Notes: generated by a model from the letters alone, not told the origin. A stretch of 64,000 nucleotides of DNA from a bacterium (GCA_965240465.1 OZ251219.1:96001-160000), one strand, 5' to 3'; shown: positions 31,041 through 42,950, counted from the first letter of the stretch. Program-made: numbers and translations.

Positions 31041-31352
31041 GTTCTAACAAAGTAAGAAAGCGAAAAACAAAAAAACCTATTATAGATTCTCTTACAAATA
31101 CGATGAACTAAGCAAAAAACAAAGATTTACTAGAATCAGACTAACGAAATTACATAAGAATCCATAGCTGTCCTTCACTTGATTTAAGTTCTTTGTTGGA
31201 AGTGGGTACTTAATAGAATTTACTGTAAGTCTCGAGCATCACTGGTGAGCATGAAGCTATTATTCTCTTACTTTTGAGTGCTATGCTGGTAACTATACCC
31301 AAATAACAAGACTTAGTAGCTGGTTTGTTGATAGAAGGAAGAGAAAATTATC

Positions 31353-31814
31353 ATGGCTGAAAAACAAAAATGGCTACAGGATATTCTTAAGAAAGGAAAT
31401 AGGTTGCTGGCCCAAATGTCCCCTTACGCCAATGACGTAGGAGAACACGTGCGAGGTATATTTGGTTCTTCCCCCAGTGAGATATTAGAGCGTGCTGGTG
31501 ACAAAGGACGCTCCATGCGTATGCGTATCATGCAACGGGATTTGGAGCATCAACTGGGTAGGATCTATATCAGGATAGGAAAGTTAGCTTGTAGAAATAT
31601 AAGCGAGGATAAAAATAAAAAAGGTAAGCATGGATTCAGTGAAATGATGCTGTCAGAAATAGTGACCGCAGAAGATGTCCTAAAACAGTTGGATCTCTTG
31701 CGTAAAGAAGCTGAACGAGTGTCTAGAGAAAGGACTACCGGGGCTAAAAAGCAATCTAGTCAAATAGTAAAACCAGGCTTAAAACAAAAAATTAAGAGAC
31801 AAGATGTAAAATAA
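31353..31814 (+). CDS. Hypothetical helical/coiled-coil protein
   Basis: 153-codon ORF with purine-rich RBS filling the gap before tRNA-Leu; no family recognised. Confidence 0.6.
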   Translation: MAEKQKWLQDILKKGNRLLAQMSPYANDVGEHVRGIFGSSPSEILERAGDKGRSMRMRIMQRDLEHQLGRIYIRIGKLACRNISEDKNKKGKHGFSEMMLSEIVTAEDVLKQLDLLRKEAERVSRERTTGAKKQSSQIVKPGLKQKIKRQDVK

Positions 31815-31830
31815 GAGCATTAAAATCCGA

Positions 31831-31914
31831 GCCGACGTGGTGGAATTGGTAGACACGCTGTCTTGAGGGGGCAGTGGGAGAAATCTCGTGGGAGTTCAAG
31901 TCTCCCCGTCGGCA
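31831..31914 (+). tRNA. tRNA-Leu(GAG), CCA not encoded
   Basis: GCCGACG/CGTCGGC acceptor, anticodon arm CTGTC-TTGAGGG-GGCAG, long variable arm. Confidence 0.95.
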
Positions 31915-31940
31915 TGATGCTGGAATATTTTTATGGGTTA

Positions 31941-33740
31941 TTATTTTTGACAATGCTGGGAAAGTCTGTCTAGTTCTTCTTGAATAATAGAGGATTCTAA
32001 TTTCTGAAACAGAGGCTTTGGAGAAGCCAGGGGGATGCCTTTAGGTAGCAAGCAAGGCTTCCAACGAAATTTTGCCGCCCGGTAATCTCCTGTAATTATT
32101 TGCCAAGAACGTGTTCCTTGGGTGACTGTTTCCATGCGTGCTTCTCCCTGCAGAAAATCCTGATAGCCAAGCATTTGGTGAAGCTGCTGGCAAGAAAAAG
32201 GTAAGAAAGGAGACATCATCAGTTTTAGATTGTTTATGGCCGAAAGAGCTGCATAGATGACCGCTTTCGCCTCAGGTTCGGATGAAGGGATTTTAAGCAA
32301 GCTCCATGGTTCTCTTTGATTAAGATAACGGTTCACTTCATTTGCAAGACGCAGAACTTCATTTATGGCAGCCTTGAGAGAACCTTTTTCTATCATGGTA
32401 CCTACTGTGTCAAAACCGCCGTTGATGGTATTTATCAGATTTTCTTCTTTTAGTCCCAGTGGTGGGGGTTCTGGGATAGCATTATAGTGCTGGTGAGCCA
32501 TACTTAACACACGATGTACTAAGTTACCCCAGCAGGCTACCAATTCATCGTTATTGCGGCGTACAAATTCTGCCCAGGTAAAATCAGTGTCTTGATTTTC
32601 TGGGCCTGCAATGGAAATAAAGAAACGTAAGGTGTCCGGATGGTAGCGTTCCAGGAAATCTCTCACATAAATGACTACTCCTCTGCTACTACTGAATTTT
32701 TTACCCTCCATTGTAAGAAATTCTGATGAGAATATATTGGTAGGTGTTTGCAAGGGAGAGCCTTTTTCACCGCCTATAGTGGAGGGTAACCCATTGCCAA
32801 AACCCATAAGCATGGTAGGCCAGATAAGGGAGTGAAAGACCACATTGTCTTTGCCCATGAAATAAAAATGTTCTGTTTTTGAGTCTTGCCACCAATCTTT
32901 CCAGCCATCAGGGTTACCATTGCGTTGAGCCCATTCTACACTGGCAGAAAAATAGCCGATTACAGCATCAAACCAGACGTATATTCGCTTATCATTTCGG
33001 TTTTCGTATTCTGGCAAAGGAATTGGGATGCCCCATGACATATCTCGGGTTATTGCCCTTGGTTTAAGTTGTTTTATGATACCTAGTGAGAACTCACGTA
33101 CATTAGCACGCCAATGAGATTTCTCTGTCAGCCATTGTTTAAGTTGCTCTGCAAATGTTGGCAGGTCTAGAAAGAAGTGTTCACTGTCTTTGAATATTGG
33201 TGCTTGTCCGTCAATGCGAGAACGAGGCTCAATTAATTCCTCTGGGTCTAGTTGGTTACCGCAGTTATCACATTGATCGCCGCGGGCGTTTTTATCTTTG
33301 CAGTGAGGGCATGTTCCTTCTATGTAGCGGTCTGGCAAGGTAGCCCCAGTGGCCTTGCTGAAAGCTCCCACGGTTGTCTGACGAATCAAAAATCCCTTTT
33401 TATGCAGGACGCGAAAAAAATCTTGTACTTGGCGGCGATGGTTATCAGTAGTGGTGCGGGTAAATAAGTCGTAATTGATTCCTAATTTGAACAGATCCTG
33501 GGAAATCACCTCCTGGTAACGGTCTACCAGTTGTTGCGGGGAAATGTCTTCTTCATCAGCCTGCACAGTAATGGGGGTGCCAAATTCATCCGTGCCGCTG
33601 ACCATCAACACCTCGTTGCCAGCCATGCGTTGATAACGGGCAAATACATCACTAGGAACTCCAAATCCGGCCACATGTCCAATATGCCGAGGTCCATTAG
33701 CGTAGGGCCACGCAACACATACCATTATCTTTTTTGTCAT
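31941..33740 (-). CDS. metG: Methionine--tRNA ligase (no C-terminal Trbp111-like domain)
   Basis: [12 protein letters not shown], zinc knuckles CPHC...CDNC, YVWFDA, GKDN, KFSSS. Confidence 0.97.
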   Translation of the reverse strand: MTKKIMVCVAWPYANGPRHIGHVAGFGVPSDVFARYQRMAGNEVLMVSGTDEFGTPITVQADEEDISPQQLVDRYQEVISQDLFKLGINYDLFTRTTTDNHRRQVQDFFRVLHKKGFLIRQTTVGAFSKATGATLPDRYIEGTCPHCKDKNARGDQCDNCGNQLDPEELIEPRSRIDGQAPIFKDSEHFFLDLPTFAEQLKQWLTEKSHWRANVREFSLGIIKQLKPRAITRDMSWGIPIPLPEYENRNDKRIYVWFDAVIGYFSASVEWAQRNGNPDGWKDWWQDSKTEHFYFMGKDNVVFHSLIWPTMLMGFGNGLPSTIGGEKGSPLQTPTNIFSSEFLTMEGKKFSSSRGVVIYVRDFLERYHPDTLRFFISIAGPENQDTDFTWAEFVRRNNDELVACWGNLVHRVLSMAHQHYNAIPEPPPLGLKEENLINTINGGFDTVGTMIEKGSLKAAINEVLRLANEVNRYLNQREPWSLLKIPSSEPEAKAVIYAALSAINNLKLMMSPFLPFSCQQLHQMLGYQDFLQGEARMETVTQGTRSWQIITGDYRAAKFRWKPCLLPKGIPLASPKPLFQKLESSIIQEELDRLSQHCQK

Positions 33741-33899
33741 AAATATATTTTTGCTAGAATCTAAGGCTCACAAAGTTTCTGTAATGGCACTTTGATAGCA
33801 AGATGTATCCCCGTTTGCAATGACTGTGATCTATTGTAACCCTTCAGAATACTACAAACATATTGCTGAGAGACATTGTTATTTTCTACAGTCAAAATT

Positions 33900-35252
33900 T
33901 CATACCGATTTCACCCAGGTGGGGTACAATTGTCTAAGGAATATACCCAAGCTAATCGCACGGGCAATGTACATACCTTGAAAGGAAGCCCAGAGGCCAT
34001 GAATACCGAACCAGCTACCCAATAACCACGTTAATGGTAAGAAAACTACCACTGTAGAGAACAACATGGAGTTTCGCATGTGGCGGGCAGCGGAAGCACC
34101 AATGAAGATGCCGTCCAGACTGAAGCAAATATTTCCAATAATGGGTACCAGCAATATCCAAGGTAGTTGTTCTAGCAGAATGGCTAGTACCGAGGACTGA
34201 TTGGTGAACCAGTTTTGCCACCATGGCCACAGTAGTCCATAGGATAGTGTTATCAGAAACCCGCTGAGCATACCCCATGCCAGCACCCGCATTATGACAT
34301 TGCGTAACACAGATTCCTTTTTTAGACCAATGGCTTGCCCCGTCAGTACTTCTGCAGCGTGAGCGAAGCCATCCAACAGATATGAAGCCAAGATGGTAAG
34401 CTGCCAGCCTATAGTAAATGCTGCCAGAGTGATCTCACCAAAGGTAGCTGCCTGTGAAGACAAGTACAAAATTGAAAATTGCAAGCACAAGGTACGAACA
34501 AATAAATTAGCATTGATCCCTATCAGCTTTTTGAATTTTTCTCTTTCAAGTACTGCCTTGAGCATTTTCTTCATACTAGGTAGCAGAATTTGTTCTCGTT
34601 CATTTTTGTAAAACCAGATCAGCCCTAGTAGCAAGGTAATACATTGAGAAAATACTGCAGCCCAAGCCAATCCTGTACTGCTTAGTCCCATTTTTCCTAC
34701 CAGCAAGAAATCCAACCCCGCATTGAGTATATTTGCGAATATCACCAGAGTTACAGCTGGTAGCACTCGCCCTTTTCCAAAAAACCAAGATTGCAATAGC
34801 ACAATGCAAAATGCAGCAGGTATTGCTAGCAATCGTACCTCCAGATAGCTTTTCATATCGGTTTCCAGTCGAGGGCTAGACTCTACCCACCAACCAGCCA
34901 AATTTGTCAACAATGGAGAAAATGCCACTATCAAAAAACCCACCAGCAATCCCAAAGAGGCCGCCTGCACCAGCAACACCCAAGCTTGCCCTTCATCTTT
35001 TTGACTATGCAAACGAGCAAACCAGCCCACCGTAGACATCCGCAGTACGCTTAACAACCAAAACACCAAATTGTAAAACAAAGACCCCAAACCAATGGCA
35101 CCAATTTGATAGGCACTCAAAAAGTGACCCGCAACAGCTGTGTCCACAGCACTAAGCAGGGGGATAGATAGATTCATAAAAATAGAAGGAATAGCAATCC
35201 TTAGAATGCTTCCTTGCCATTTGATGGATTCCTTACTACCAATATCAGACAT
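33900..35252 (-). CDS. MATE family transporter (DinF-like)
   Basis: PLLSAVDTAVAGH, LRMSTVG, LDGFAHAAE, LDGIFIGA; about 12 TM segments. Confidence 0.9.
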   Translation of the reverse strand: MSDIGSKESIKWQGSILRIAIPSIFMNLSIPLLSAVDTAVAGHFLSAYQIGAIGLGSLFYNLVFWLLSVLRMSTVGWFARLHSQKDEGQAWVLLVQAASLGLLVGFLIVAFSPLLTNLAGWWVESSPRLETDMKSYLEVRLLAIPAAFCIVLLQSWFFGKGRVLPAVTLVIFANILNAGLDFLLVGKMGLSSTGLAWAAVFSQCITLLLGLIWFYKNEREQILLPSMKKMLKAVLEREKFKKLIGINANLFVRTLCLQFSILYLSSQAATFGEITLAAFTIGWQLTILASYLLDGFAHAAEVLTGQAIGLKKESVLRNVIMRVLAWGMLSGFLITLSYGLLWPWWQNWFTNQSSVLAILLEQLPWILLVPIIGNICFSLDGIFIGASAARHMRNSMLFSTVVVFLPLTWLLGSWFGIHGLWASFQGMYIARAISLGIFLRQLYPTWVKSV

Positions 35253-35386
35253 TACTTACTTTTTATGGGAAGAAGACAAAGTTTTAAAAAACTTTCCTGT
35301 GTATTCTAGTATTGCTAACTAGTACTCATTCAAGCATTACTTCTCTGCTGGTTAAATTTTGCTATCCCGAACAAGCAAGTAATGCT

Positions 35387-37342
35387 TTATTTTGGAAAAG
35401 GACGAAGCATACGGTGGTTCTCTAGTCTGATGGTGAGGTGTTGGGAATCAAAGTATTCTAACAGATCAACGGCATGTTTGCGGCTGATATTAGCTAGTGA
35501 TTTGAACTCAATCACTGTAATGCTCTGGTTTTTATCTAGGTAATTACACAGAGTGAAGGTAAGTCGTTGGATTGTCTGGGGAAGATAGTATAGATCAGGC
35601 TTGATACGAATTAGTTGTTTAGTTTTTGTGGCTGTAGCGAGGAGATTGGCGGTGTACGAAGAAGACAGATTAGTAATTTTAAGCAGGGAATTTAACCGAG
35701 GAGGTTGTATAGCGGAACGAATGGTATCTATTAGGCGTTCTAAGTCTTGTTTTTTTTGGGGAGAAATGGCCACTTGGTGTTGGAGTAATTGAAAATGGTC
35801 TTGGTACTGGGTTATTTCACCTTGGGTTACCATATATTCCAGCAGGACTTGCGTACCTGATGTCCCAAATGAGGGAGGCATTTTTCCCGCTATTTCTACC
35901 GCTTTCATACCATTTTTTTCTGGATGTTGACGGTGAAAACAAAACAGGATTTTTTTTAAGTACTCACCATTTTGTTTTTGTGCTTGGGTATGTAACCAGC
36001 CAGTGTCTTTAGGAAGATCAAAAGTAAGCATACTTTGAGATGCAAGTTTTACTCTCAATTTTGGGAGGTCTTTTGGTAGGATGGCCGTGCGCGGGTTGAT
36101 TTGGCTTTGTAGTAACAGTCCATGGGGCCTGATCAAGGCAGCCGCAGTTATTTTTTCAGCAATTGATGCTTGATGTAGCCGTTGCAAACATTCAGCAATC
36201 GGTACACCCCTAATGGCAGAATCCCCGTGGCTTTTTAAGGCATCTGGTTCAATTACCACCCCGCCACCGATGGTACATAAGGGCGAGTAAGAACGGAGTA
36301 CAAAACGGTCAAGAAATTTTGTGCTAAGAGATTTTTCCAATCTTAGTTGGATATATTGCGTCTGGCCTGGCTTCCATGAAGCTGTTTCTAAAGGAATAAC
36401 GCGTGCCATTACCTCATTGGCATAAAGATGCATTCGCAGTCGTGACCGTTGACTCAGAGTCTGAGGGGCTGTTTTCGATAGTTTTGCTTGGGCATTTATC
36501 AAGCTACCTGTCAACAAACATCCCCTGGCAGCCAGTTGGTTTCCCCGATGAATATCTTGATGAGAAAATCCTACTACGTTGATGGCTGCTCTTTGTCCTG
36601 TTCTGACTACGTCTACCTCTTTGCCATGAACCTCCATTTTCCTCACTCGTACTGCTTGATGATGCGGATACAACCAAGCTGTCTCCTTAAGAGTAAAATC
36701 CCCGGATAACACAGTTCCTGTTATCACTGTGCCAAATCCTTTCATGTGGAAGCTACGGTCAATCACCATGCGAAAAGGTTGCTGGGCATCAAGGATACGA
36801 TTGTGTTGAAAATTATTAGTCAACAAATCCCGTAGTTTATCCAATCCATTTCCGCTTTTGATGCTTATCGCCTGCAGAGGAGCATTCTCTAAAAATGTGC
36901 CTGCAAAAGCTTTCTTTACCTCATTCTCTCGGTCTTTCAGTGCATTATCTGAAACCAAATCTGCCCGAGATAACACTACTATCCCTTTAGAAATTCCCAG
37001 CAATTCACAGATGTTTAAGTGCTCTATTGTTTGAGGCATAACCCCTTCATCTGCGGCTACTACCATCAAAACTGCATCAATGCCTGCCACGCCAGCCAGC
37101 ATGGTGTGGATGAACCCCTCGTGGCCTGGAACATCCACAAACGCTAATGGCTGACCGTTGCTACTAAGGCCATGGGTAAAACCCAATTCAATGGTCATAC
37201 CACGCCGTTTTTCTTCTTTCAGTCGGTCTGGGTCCATACCAGTGAGAGCCATCACCAACGAGCTTTTCCCGTGATTTACATGACCACCGGTGCCAAACAC
37301 CAAATGGGTAGTTTGTTTTGCACTAGCAATATACTGTGCCAT
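35387..37342 (-). CDS. selB: Selenocysteine-specific elongation factor
   Basis: [32 protein letters not shown]-terminal winged helix SRKHAV.LLEYFD. Confidence 0.96.
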   Translation of the reverse strand: MAQYIASAKQTTHLVFGTGGHVNHGKSSLVMALTGMDPDRLKEEKRRGMTIELGFTHGLSSNGQPLAFVDVPGHEGFIHTMLAGVAGIDAVLMVVAADEGVMPQTIEHLNICELLGISKGIVVLSRADLVSDNALKDRENEVKKAFAGTFLENAPLQAISIKSGNGLDKLRDLLTNNFQHNRILDAQQPFRMVIDRSFHMKGFGTVITGTVLSGDFTLKETAWLYPHHQAVRVRKMEVHGKEVDVVRTGQRAAINVVGFSHQDIHRGNQLAARGCLLTGSLINAQAKLSKTAPQTLSQRSRLRMHLYANEVMARVIPLETASWKPGQTQYIQLRLEKSLSTKFLDRFVLRSYSPLCTIGGGVVIEPDALKSHGDSAIRGVPIAECLQRLHQASIAEKITAAALIRPHGLLLQSQINPRTAILPKDLPKLRVKLASQSMLTFDLPKDTGWLHTQAQKQNGEYLKKILFCFHRQHPEKNGMKAVEIAGKMPPSFGTSGTQVLLEYMVTQGEITQYQDHFQLLQHQVAISPQKKQDLERLIDTIRSAIQPPRLNSLLKITNLSSSYTANLLATATKTKQLIRIKPDLYYLPQTIQRLTFTLCNYLDKNQSITVIEFKSLANISRKHAVDLLEYFDSQHLTIRLENHRMLRPFPK

Positions 37343-37359
37343 CAGCAGTGCCTACCTGA

Positions 37360-37698
37360 CTATATTTTTCTAGCAGAAACCAAACGACAATAACCCTGCA
37401 AACGCCCCCCTTCTTCTATACACAAACGACTGGTAACAATATCGCCATTTAGCACACCAGCAGACAGTACATGGGTTTCCTCGGTGGTTATAACATCACC
37501 CTTTATACACCCATTCAATACCAAACTATGGGCTTTCACAGAGCCTTTCACTTGGCTGTGTTGACCTATGCGAAGCAAATCTTCCACATGTAGGCTACCC
37601 TTTAAATTTCCATTAAGGTGAAGATTACCCTTTAAACGTAGATTCCCCTTAATATCTACACTGGTGGAAATAATACTGGTGGTAGGATAGAAAGCCAT
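37360..37698 (-). CDS. Bactofilin (polymer-forming cytoskeletal protein)
   Basis: Beta-helix repeats IKGNL..LHLNG.LKGSL..LRIG..SQVKGSV...LNGCIKGDV...LNGDI...LCIEEGGRLQG.C. Confidence 0.9.
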   Translation of the reverse strand: MAFYPTTSIISTSVDIKGNLRLKGNLHLNGNLKGSLHVEDLLRIGQHSQVKGSVKAHSLVLNGCIKGDVITTEETHVLSAGVLNGDIVTSRLCIEEGGRLQGYCRLVSARKI

Positions 37699-37738
37699 AC
37701 TAAGAAACTATGTGAAAAACGGAAAATAGTAGAAATTT

Positions 37739-38608
37739 TTAAGAATTTTCTTTATTAAACAGCGAATAAAGGCGATTGAAGTCAGATTCAGAGTAGAATT
37801 GCAAGTGTATTTCACCATGGCGTATTTTTTTTTGGCTATTCGTTTTAGAGCAAGCAGGCATGATAACTTTCACTTTGGTGCCTAGCATCTGTGATAAGGA
37901 TCGTTCTGCAGCTTGATAATGTAGTCGTAACCTCAAATCTTGTGAAGGGGCGTCTTGTTTAGCAGTTGTTTTGGGTGGGTGATAAGACAAGTGCAGTTCT
38001 CGCTCAACAAGATGCTCGGTTTCCCTGACCGAGAGATTGTCTTGACACACCAAATTTCGCAAGACTAGCTGCTGCTCAGCACGAGGAAGAGCCAGTAGTG
38101 TGCGTGCGTGTCCTATGCTTAATCGGCCTGTTTTCAAGTCTTCTTTAAGCAGGGGAGGCAGTGATAGCAAACGCATAATGTTGGCTACTGTGGAACGGTC
38201 TTTTCCCACTCTCTTTGATAACTCTTCTTGGGTAAGGTCCAGGCTGGTCATGAGCAGTCTGTAGGCTGAGGCTTCTTCAATGGGGTTAAGCGGTTCGCGC
38301 TGGATATTTTCTACCAGAGCCATTTCCAATAGTTTTTCATCGGGGATTTGTCGCACCAAAGCAGTGACTACCTTCCATCCCAGCAGACGCATGGCACGTA
38401 CACGGCGTTCACCAGCAATGAGTTGATAATGTTCACTTACATGAGGATGTGGCCTGAGGACTATGGGCTGTACTACCCCTTGTTGAGCGATGGAATCAGC
38501 CAGCCTCTTTAAGGCATCATCTGAGATTATTACTCTGGGCTGAAGAGGGTTTTCATGTACCTGCTCCAGTTTAACTTTGACAAAAACGCTGTGTGGCTGG
38601 TCATTCAT
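37739..38608 (-). CDS. parB: Chromosome partitioning protein ParB
   Basis: NPLQPR, GVVQPI, IAGERRVRA, ENIQRE.LNPIEEA, HTH TQEELSKRVGKDRSTVAN, GHARTLL. Confidence 0.96.
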   Translation of the reverse strand: MNDQPHSVFVKVKLEQVHENPLQPRVIISDDALKRLADSIAQQGVVQPIVLRPHPHVSEHYQLIAGERRVRAMRLLGWKVVTALVRQIPDEKLLEMALVENIQREPLNPIEEASAYRLLMTSLDLTQEELSKRVGKDRSTVANIMRLLSLPPLLKEDLKTGRLSIGHARTLLALPRAEQQLVLRNLVCQDNLSVRETEHLVERELHLSYHPPKTTAKQDAPSQDLRLRLHYQAAERSLSQMLGTKVKVIMPACSKTNSQKKIRHGEIHLQFYSESDFNRLYSLFNKENS

Positions 38609-38677
38609 TCAGCGGGATAGGATTGAAAATATGAAAAAAAATTAAGTACCTAACGGGTGATTAGAGCCATGGGATAT

Positions 38678-39523
38678 TTACCTTACTCCTTGCCGAATAC
38701 GTTTCTGTAAGCGGGTGATTCTTTTTTTTAGCAATGTGACATTCTCATGAGGTATTTTTTCAGCTTGTCGGAAAATAGATAGGGCTTGTTTCATTTTTCC
38801 TTGTTGCTCCAGTGTATCAGCGATGAATATCAGTGCCTCACCAGCAATGGGGTGTTGAGGAAATGATTTAGCTATTTTTCTAAAGGAGATAATGGCAAGA
38901 TCGGTATGTCCTTCTAAGAAGTAGCTGTGTGCAGCAAGGTAGTGTGCTCGGGGAGTCTGGGCAGACTTAGGATATTTTGTGATCAGGGTGTATAGACTAG
39001 TTCGTGCTTGGAGAAACAATTGGTGTTGAAGAGCAACCTTTGCAGTTTCCAGCAGGAAAGATGGTTTTTCTGCCTGAGGAGCATCTTTGATGATTTCTTG
39101 GTAGATACTGATAGCCTTACGGACGGTTTTGGTATCTTGGGCATAGATTTGGGCTAAATTTTCTCTAGTTTGGAGGGTATATTTGCCATTCGGATATTCT
39201 TTCAGGTGTCTTTCATAGAGATGTACTGCTCCTTTGTGATTTTTAAGATAATTGTGTTCTAGGCTAGCGGCCCAATAGAGAGATTGGGGTGCTTTGCGTG
39301 AGCGGGGGTAAAAATCTGCGAGAATGAGAAAATAGCGGGCAGCATCTTCGTATCGGGACTCATTCCACATTTTGGTTCCTTTTTTGTGTAGTTCACTGGC
39401 ACGGAGTCCGTTTTGGCAAGTGGCGTATCCAAACAAGAGTGCTATCCCCAAGAATACAACGATCAGTAGCGTCCATTTAATGGCTAAGGACGACGATCTG
39501 GATTTTTGTAGTAGTTTTTTCAC
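38678..39523 (-). CDS. Membrane-anchored TPR protein (BamD/CpoB-like repeats)
   Basis: N-terminal TM then repeated YP.S..A..A TPR units. Confidence 0.8.
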   Translation of the reverse strand: MKKLLQKSRSSSLAIKWTLLIVVFLGIALLFGYATCQNGLRASELHKKGTKMWNESRYEDAARYFLILADFYPRSRKAPQSLYWAASLEHNYLKNHKGAVHLYERHLKEYPNGKYTLQTRENLAQIYAQDTKTVRKAISIYQEIIKDAPQAEKPSFLLETAKVALQHQLFLQARTSLYTLITKYPKSAQTPRAHYLAAHSYFLEGHTDLAIISFRKIAKSFPQHPIAGEALIFIADTLEQQGKMKQALSIFRQAEKIPHENVTLLKKRITRLQKRIRQGVR

Positions 39524-39556
39524 GATTGCATGAAAATAGCACAGAATAGAGTGGAA

Positions 39557-42025
39557 CTATTCGGGGGATTCATTTTGTTCTTTAGCTAGGGTGGCAACTG
39601 CAGCCACTGTTTCTCCTGTTTCCAGTTGTACCATCCGTACTCCTTGCGTATGGCGGCCAATTTCACGCAGTTTGTTTAATTTCATACGAATGAGCTTGCC
39701 TGTTTTGGATATAACCATCACTTCTTGGTTATGGCTAACTTCCAGTATTCCAACCACTCGGCCATTGCGTCGGTTGGTTTTTATGGTATAGACCCCTTTA
39801 TTACCACGACTGCCGAGGGGATATTCATGGATGGGAGTTTTTTTACCAAATCCGTTTTCGGTAAGGGTAAGGATAGCCCCTTCTCCACTAAGAATCTCCA
39901 TGCCCACTACTTTGTCATCTAAATTTAGCCTAATGCCTATCACGCCGCGGGCGTTCCGTCCTAGTGGACGCAATTGCGATTCTGGAAAACGCACTGACAT
40001 GCCTCTTTCAGTAGCCAAGAACACCTGTTGCTTGGGTTGGCATAGTTTGGCAACCTGTAAGGAATCATCTTTATCTATGTTGATAGATCTAATACCTATG
40101 CGGCGAATATTGGCAAAAGCACTGAGAAGGGTTTTTTTGAGGATACCGTTCTTGGTAACCATTAGAACAGTGCAGTCTTCACTAAGTCCACTGACATTAA
40201 GGTAGGCACGTGCTTGTTCTTTATCTGACAATGTTAATAGACTGGCTACAGATTTTCCCTTAGAAGCTCGTGCAGCAATAGGCAGCTCGTAGACTTTTTT
40301 CTGATAACACTTGCCAATGGAAGTAAAAAACAGCAATTTGTCGTGGGTAGACGCTACGAACATGTTAGTTACGAAATCTTCTTCTCTGGTGGTCATGCCA
40401 ATTGAACCCTTACCCCCCCGATGTTGAGTGCGATAAGCCGAAACAGGAGTACGCTTGATAAATCCCTTATGAGAAATTGTCACTACTACTTCTTCTTCTG
40501 TGACCATGTCCTCATCGTTCAATTCTTCTGCAGCTTCCATTATTTGAGTTCTACGGTGGTGTGAATTGCTATATTGCTCACGCAAGGCATTTGTTTCTGC
40601 ACGAATAATATCCAGTACTTTGCTTCTTTCAGCTAGAATGACACGATATTCTTCCATCAGTTTTTGCAAATTGCTGTATTCTTCTTCTATTTTGCGTTGC
40701 TCTAAACCAGTGAGGCGACTGAGACGCATGTCCAATATTTCTTTGGCCTGTATCTCTGTTAATTGAAACTGCTTTATGAGTCCTTTACGGGCAGAAGCAT
40801 TATCTGGTGAATTTTTAATCAAAGCAATGATAGCCTCCAAGTTTCTAAGTGCCACCAGCAGACCTTTTAGTACGTGGGTTCTCTGAGTAGCCTTGGCGAG
40901 TTCAAAACGAGTGCGGCGTTCTACAACTTCAACACGATGTGCTAAAAAGCGTTGTAATATGTCTACCAATGGCATCACGCGGGGCTGGTTATCATCCACG
41001 GCCAGCATTATTACTCCATAAGAATTCTGGAGTTTGGTGAGTTTGAATAAATTGTTTAGTAGTACATCTGTGTTGAAATTCTTTTTTACCTCAACCACCA
41101 TGCGCATGCCTTTGCGATCTGACTCATCTCGCAAATCGGATACCCCTTCCAGTTTTTTATCTCTCACTAAGTCGGCAATCTTTTCTATCAGCCGAGCTTT
41201 ATTCACCATGTAAGGCAACTCTGAAAACACAATCAGCTCCCTGTCACGCTTTTTGTCCGTCTCCACGTCTGCACATGCACGTAAGGTGATAATCCCTCGC
41301 CCTGTTCTATAAGCTTCATAAATGCCTTTTTTTCCCATAATTAAACCGCCAGTGGGAAAATCTGGTCCTGGCAGTAGTTGCATCAAGTGGCTTAACTGGG
41401 GATTGTCTTGGTTGTCAACGACGTACAAAAAGGCATCTAGTGTCTCCAGCAAATTGTGAGGGGGAATATTACTAGCCATGCCTACTGCAATGCCCGTTGC
41501 TCCATTGACTAATACATGGGGAAACCTTGCGGGTAGCACAGTGGGTTCTTGTAAAGATTCATCGTAATTGGGCTGAAAATTAACAGTGTCTTTCTCTAAA
41601 TCTTCCAGTAATTGGTGTGCCAGACGGGTCATGCGTACCTCTGTGTAACGCATGGCAGCCGCAGGATCTCCGTCAACGGAGCCAAAATTACCTTGACCGT
41701 CTACTAAGGGTACTCGCATGGAAAAATCTTGTGCCATACGTACTATGCTGTCATACACTGCAGATTCCCCATGAGGGTGGTATTTACCAATCACCTCACC
41801 GGCTACACGGGCTGATTTTCTATAAGGCTTATTGTAATGGTTGCCTTGCTCGTGCATGGCATACAACACCCGTCTATGTACGGGCTTTAGTCCATCACGA
41901 ACATCAGGCAAGGCACGCCCGATAATCACACTCATGGCGTACTCCATGTACGACTGGCACATTTCATCTTCAATATGCACCAGCGTGACGCCGTCGCGGG
42001 GTTTTTGTAGGTCTTCCATGAGCAC
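39557..42025 (-). CDS. gyrA: DNA gyrase subunit A
   Basis: [23 protein letters not shown] catalytic Tyr, GyrA-box QHRGGKG, C-terminal pinwheel repeats. Confidence 0.99.
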   Translation of the reverse strand: MLMEDLQKPRDGVTLVHIEDEMCQSYMEYAMSVIIGRALPDVRDGLKPVHRRVLYAMHEQGNHYNKPYRKSARVAGEVIGKYHPHGESAVYDSIVRMAQDFSMRVPLVDGQGNFGSVDGDPAAAMRYTEVRMTRLAHQLLEDLEKDTVNFQPNYDESLQEPTVLPARFPHVLVNGATGIAVGMASNIPPHNLLETLDAFLYVVDNQDNPQLSHLMQLLPGPDFPTGGLIMGKKGIYEAYRTGRGIITLRACADVETDKKRDRELIVFSELPYMVNKARLIEKIADLVRDKKLEGVSDLRDESDRKGMRMVVEVKKNFNTDVLLNNLFKLTKLQNSYGVIMLAVDDNQPRVMPLVDILQRFLAHRVEVVERRTRFELAKATQRTHVLKGLLVALRNLEAIIALIKNSPDNASARKGLIKQFQLTEIQAKEILDMRLSRLTGLEQRKIEEEYSNLQKLMEEYRVILAERSKVLDIIRAETNALREQYSNSHHRRTQIMEAAEELNDEDMVTEEEVVVTISHKGFIKRTPVSAYRTQHRGGKGSIGMTTREEDFVTNMFVASTHDKLLFFTSIGKCYQKKVYELPIAARASKGKSVASLLTLSDKEQARAYLNVSGLSEDCTVLMVTKNGILKKTLLSAFANIRRIGIRSINIDKDDSLQVAKLCQPKQQVFLATERGMSVRFPESQLRPLGRNARGVIGIRLNLDDKVVGMEILSGEGAILTLTENGFGKKTPIHEYPLGSRGNKGVYTIKTNRRNGRVVGILEVSHNQEVMVISKTGKLIRMKLNKLREIGRHTQGVRMVQLETGETVAAVATLAKEQNESPE

Positions 42026-42134
42026 TTTAAGGGGTACGGGATTAAATCAACAACGAAAAAGAAGAGTTTAACAGGGCATTCTACCGCAAAGAGGCTTAGC
42101 AAACAAGCAACTCTGCTGAGATTTATATAAAAAA

Positions 42135-42734
42135 CTACTCCTCAAAAAGCTGTTTCCGTAGTATATCTAAGGGAAATGCAGGACCGGGGTCTGATTTGCG
42201 ATGAGAGGATATTTCTTCATGTCCCACAATCCAGCGGATGGGATAGGTTTTCATGAGCAACTGGCATATATTGCGTACCAGGCGTATTTGCTTACTAGGA
42301 TAACGATGCCAGTAGCATGGTGAATCCTCGTGGCGATGGGTGAGGAAAAGTGTTTCTGTAGGAGGATATTTTTGTCCTTGCCAAGAGAAGAATTGTCCTT
42401 GACGGTTATCTAGGTGACCTGCATTGTCAATTTCTATTCCTAGTGCATAATTATTCAATTGTTTACGCTGATTATGCTCACTCTGGCCAGCATGCCAAGT
42501 AATAGTATCAAAGGGAACCAACTGCCTCAAGCTACCATTACGGGCAACGACTAAGTGAGCAGCAGCTTTATGTTGAGGAGAACACAACAGATTAACAGCC
42601 TGCTGACAGCTGTCCATGGCGGTATAATGTAACACCAGGGTGTCTGGCAGACCAGGGGGAAAGGATTTACCTATGTTGGGGGTGGGAATATGACGAATTC
42701 CCTTGGCTATAAGCCAGTGGTCAACAATTCGCAT
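42135..42734 (-). CDS. N-acetylmuramoyl-L-alanine amidase (Amidase_2, AmpD-like)
   Basis: VLHYTA, WHAG.S, LGIEI.N, VGHEEI...RKSDPG. Confidence 0.92.
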   Translation of the reverse strand: MRIVDHWLIAKGIRHIPTPNIGKSFPPGLPDTLVLHYTAMDSCQQAVNLLCSPQHKAAAHLVVARNGSLRQLVPFDTITWHAGQSEHNQRKQLNNYALGIEIDNAGHLDNRQGQFFSWQGQKYPPTETLFLTHRHEDSPCYWHRYPSKQIRLVRNICQLLMKTYPIRWIVGHEEISSHRKSDPGPAFPLDILRKQLFEE

Positions 42735-42877
42735 GGTATTTTACTTAATGAGAATAAGGTGTTCTTTACATTATTATACACATCGCTTATTACTGCCAAA
42801 GATCAAAAAACAGCGAATAAATATCTAATCCATATAAGTACTAATAATAGGTTAGACAGTCTAAATAAACAAGAAAA

Positions 42878-42950
42878 TGGGCGGTACAAGGATTGAACTT
42901 GTGGCCTCCGGCATGTGACGCCGGCGCTCTCCCATCTGAGCTAACCGCCC
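42878..42950 (-). tRNA. tRNA-Val(CAC), CCA not encoded
   Basis: GGGCGGT/ACCGCCC acceptor, anticodon arm CCGGC-GTCACAT-GCCGG, T arm ACAAG-TTCAATC-CTTGT. Confidence 0.93.
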
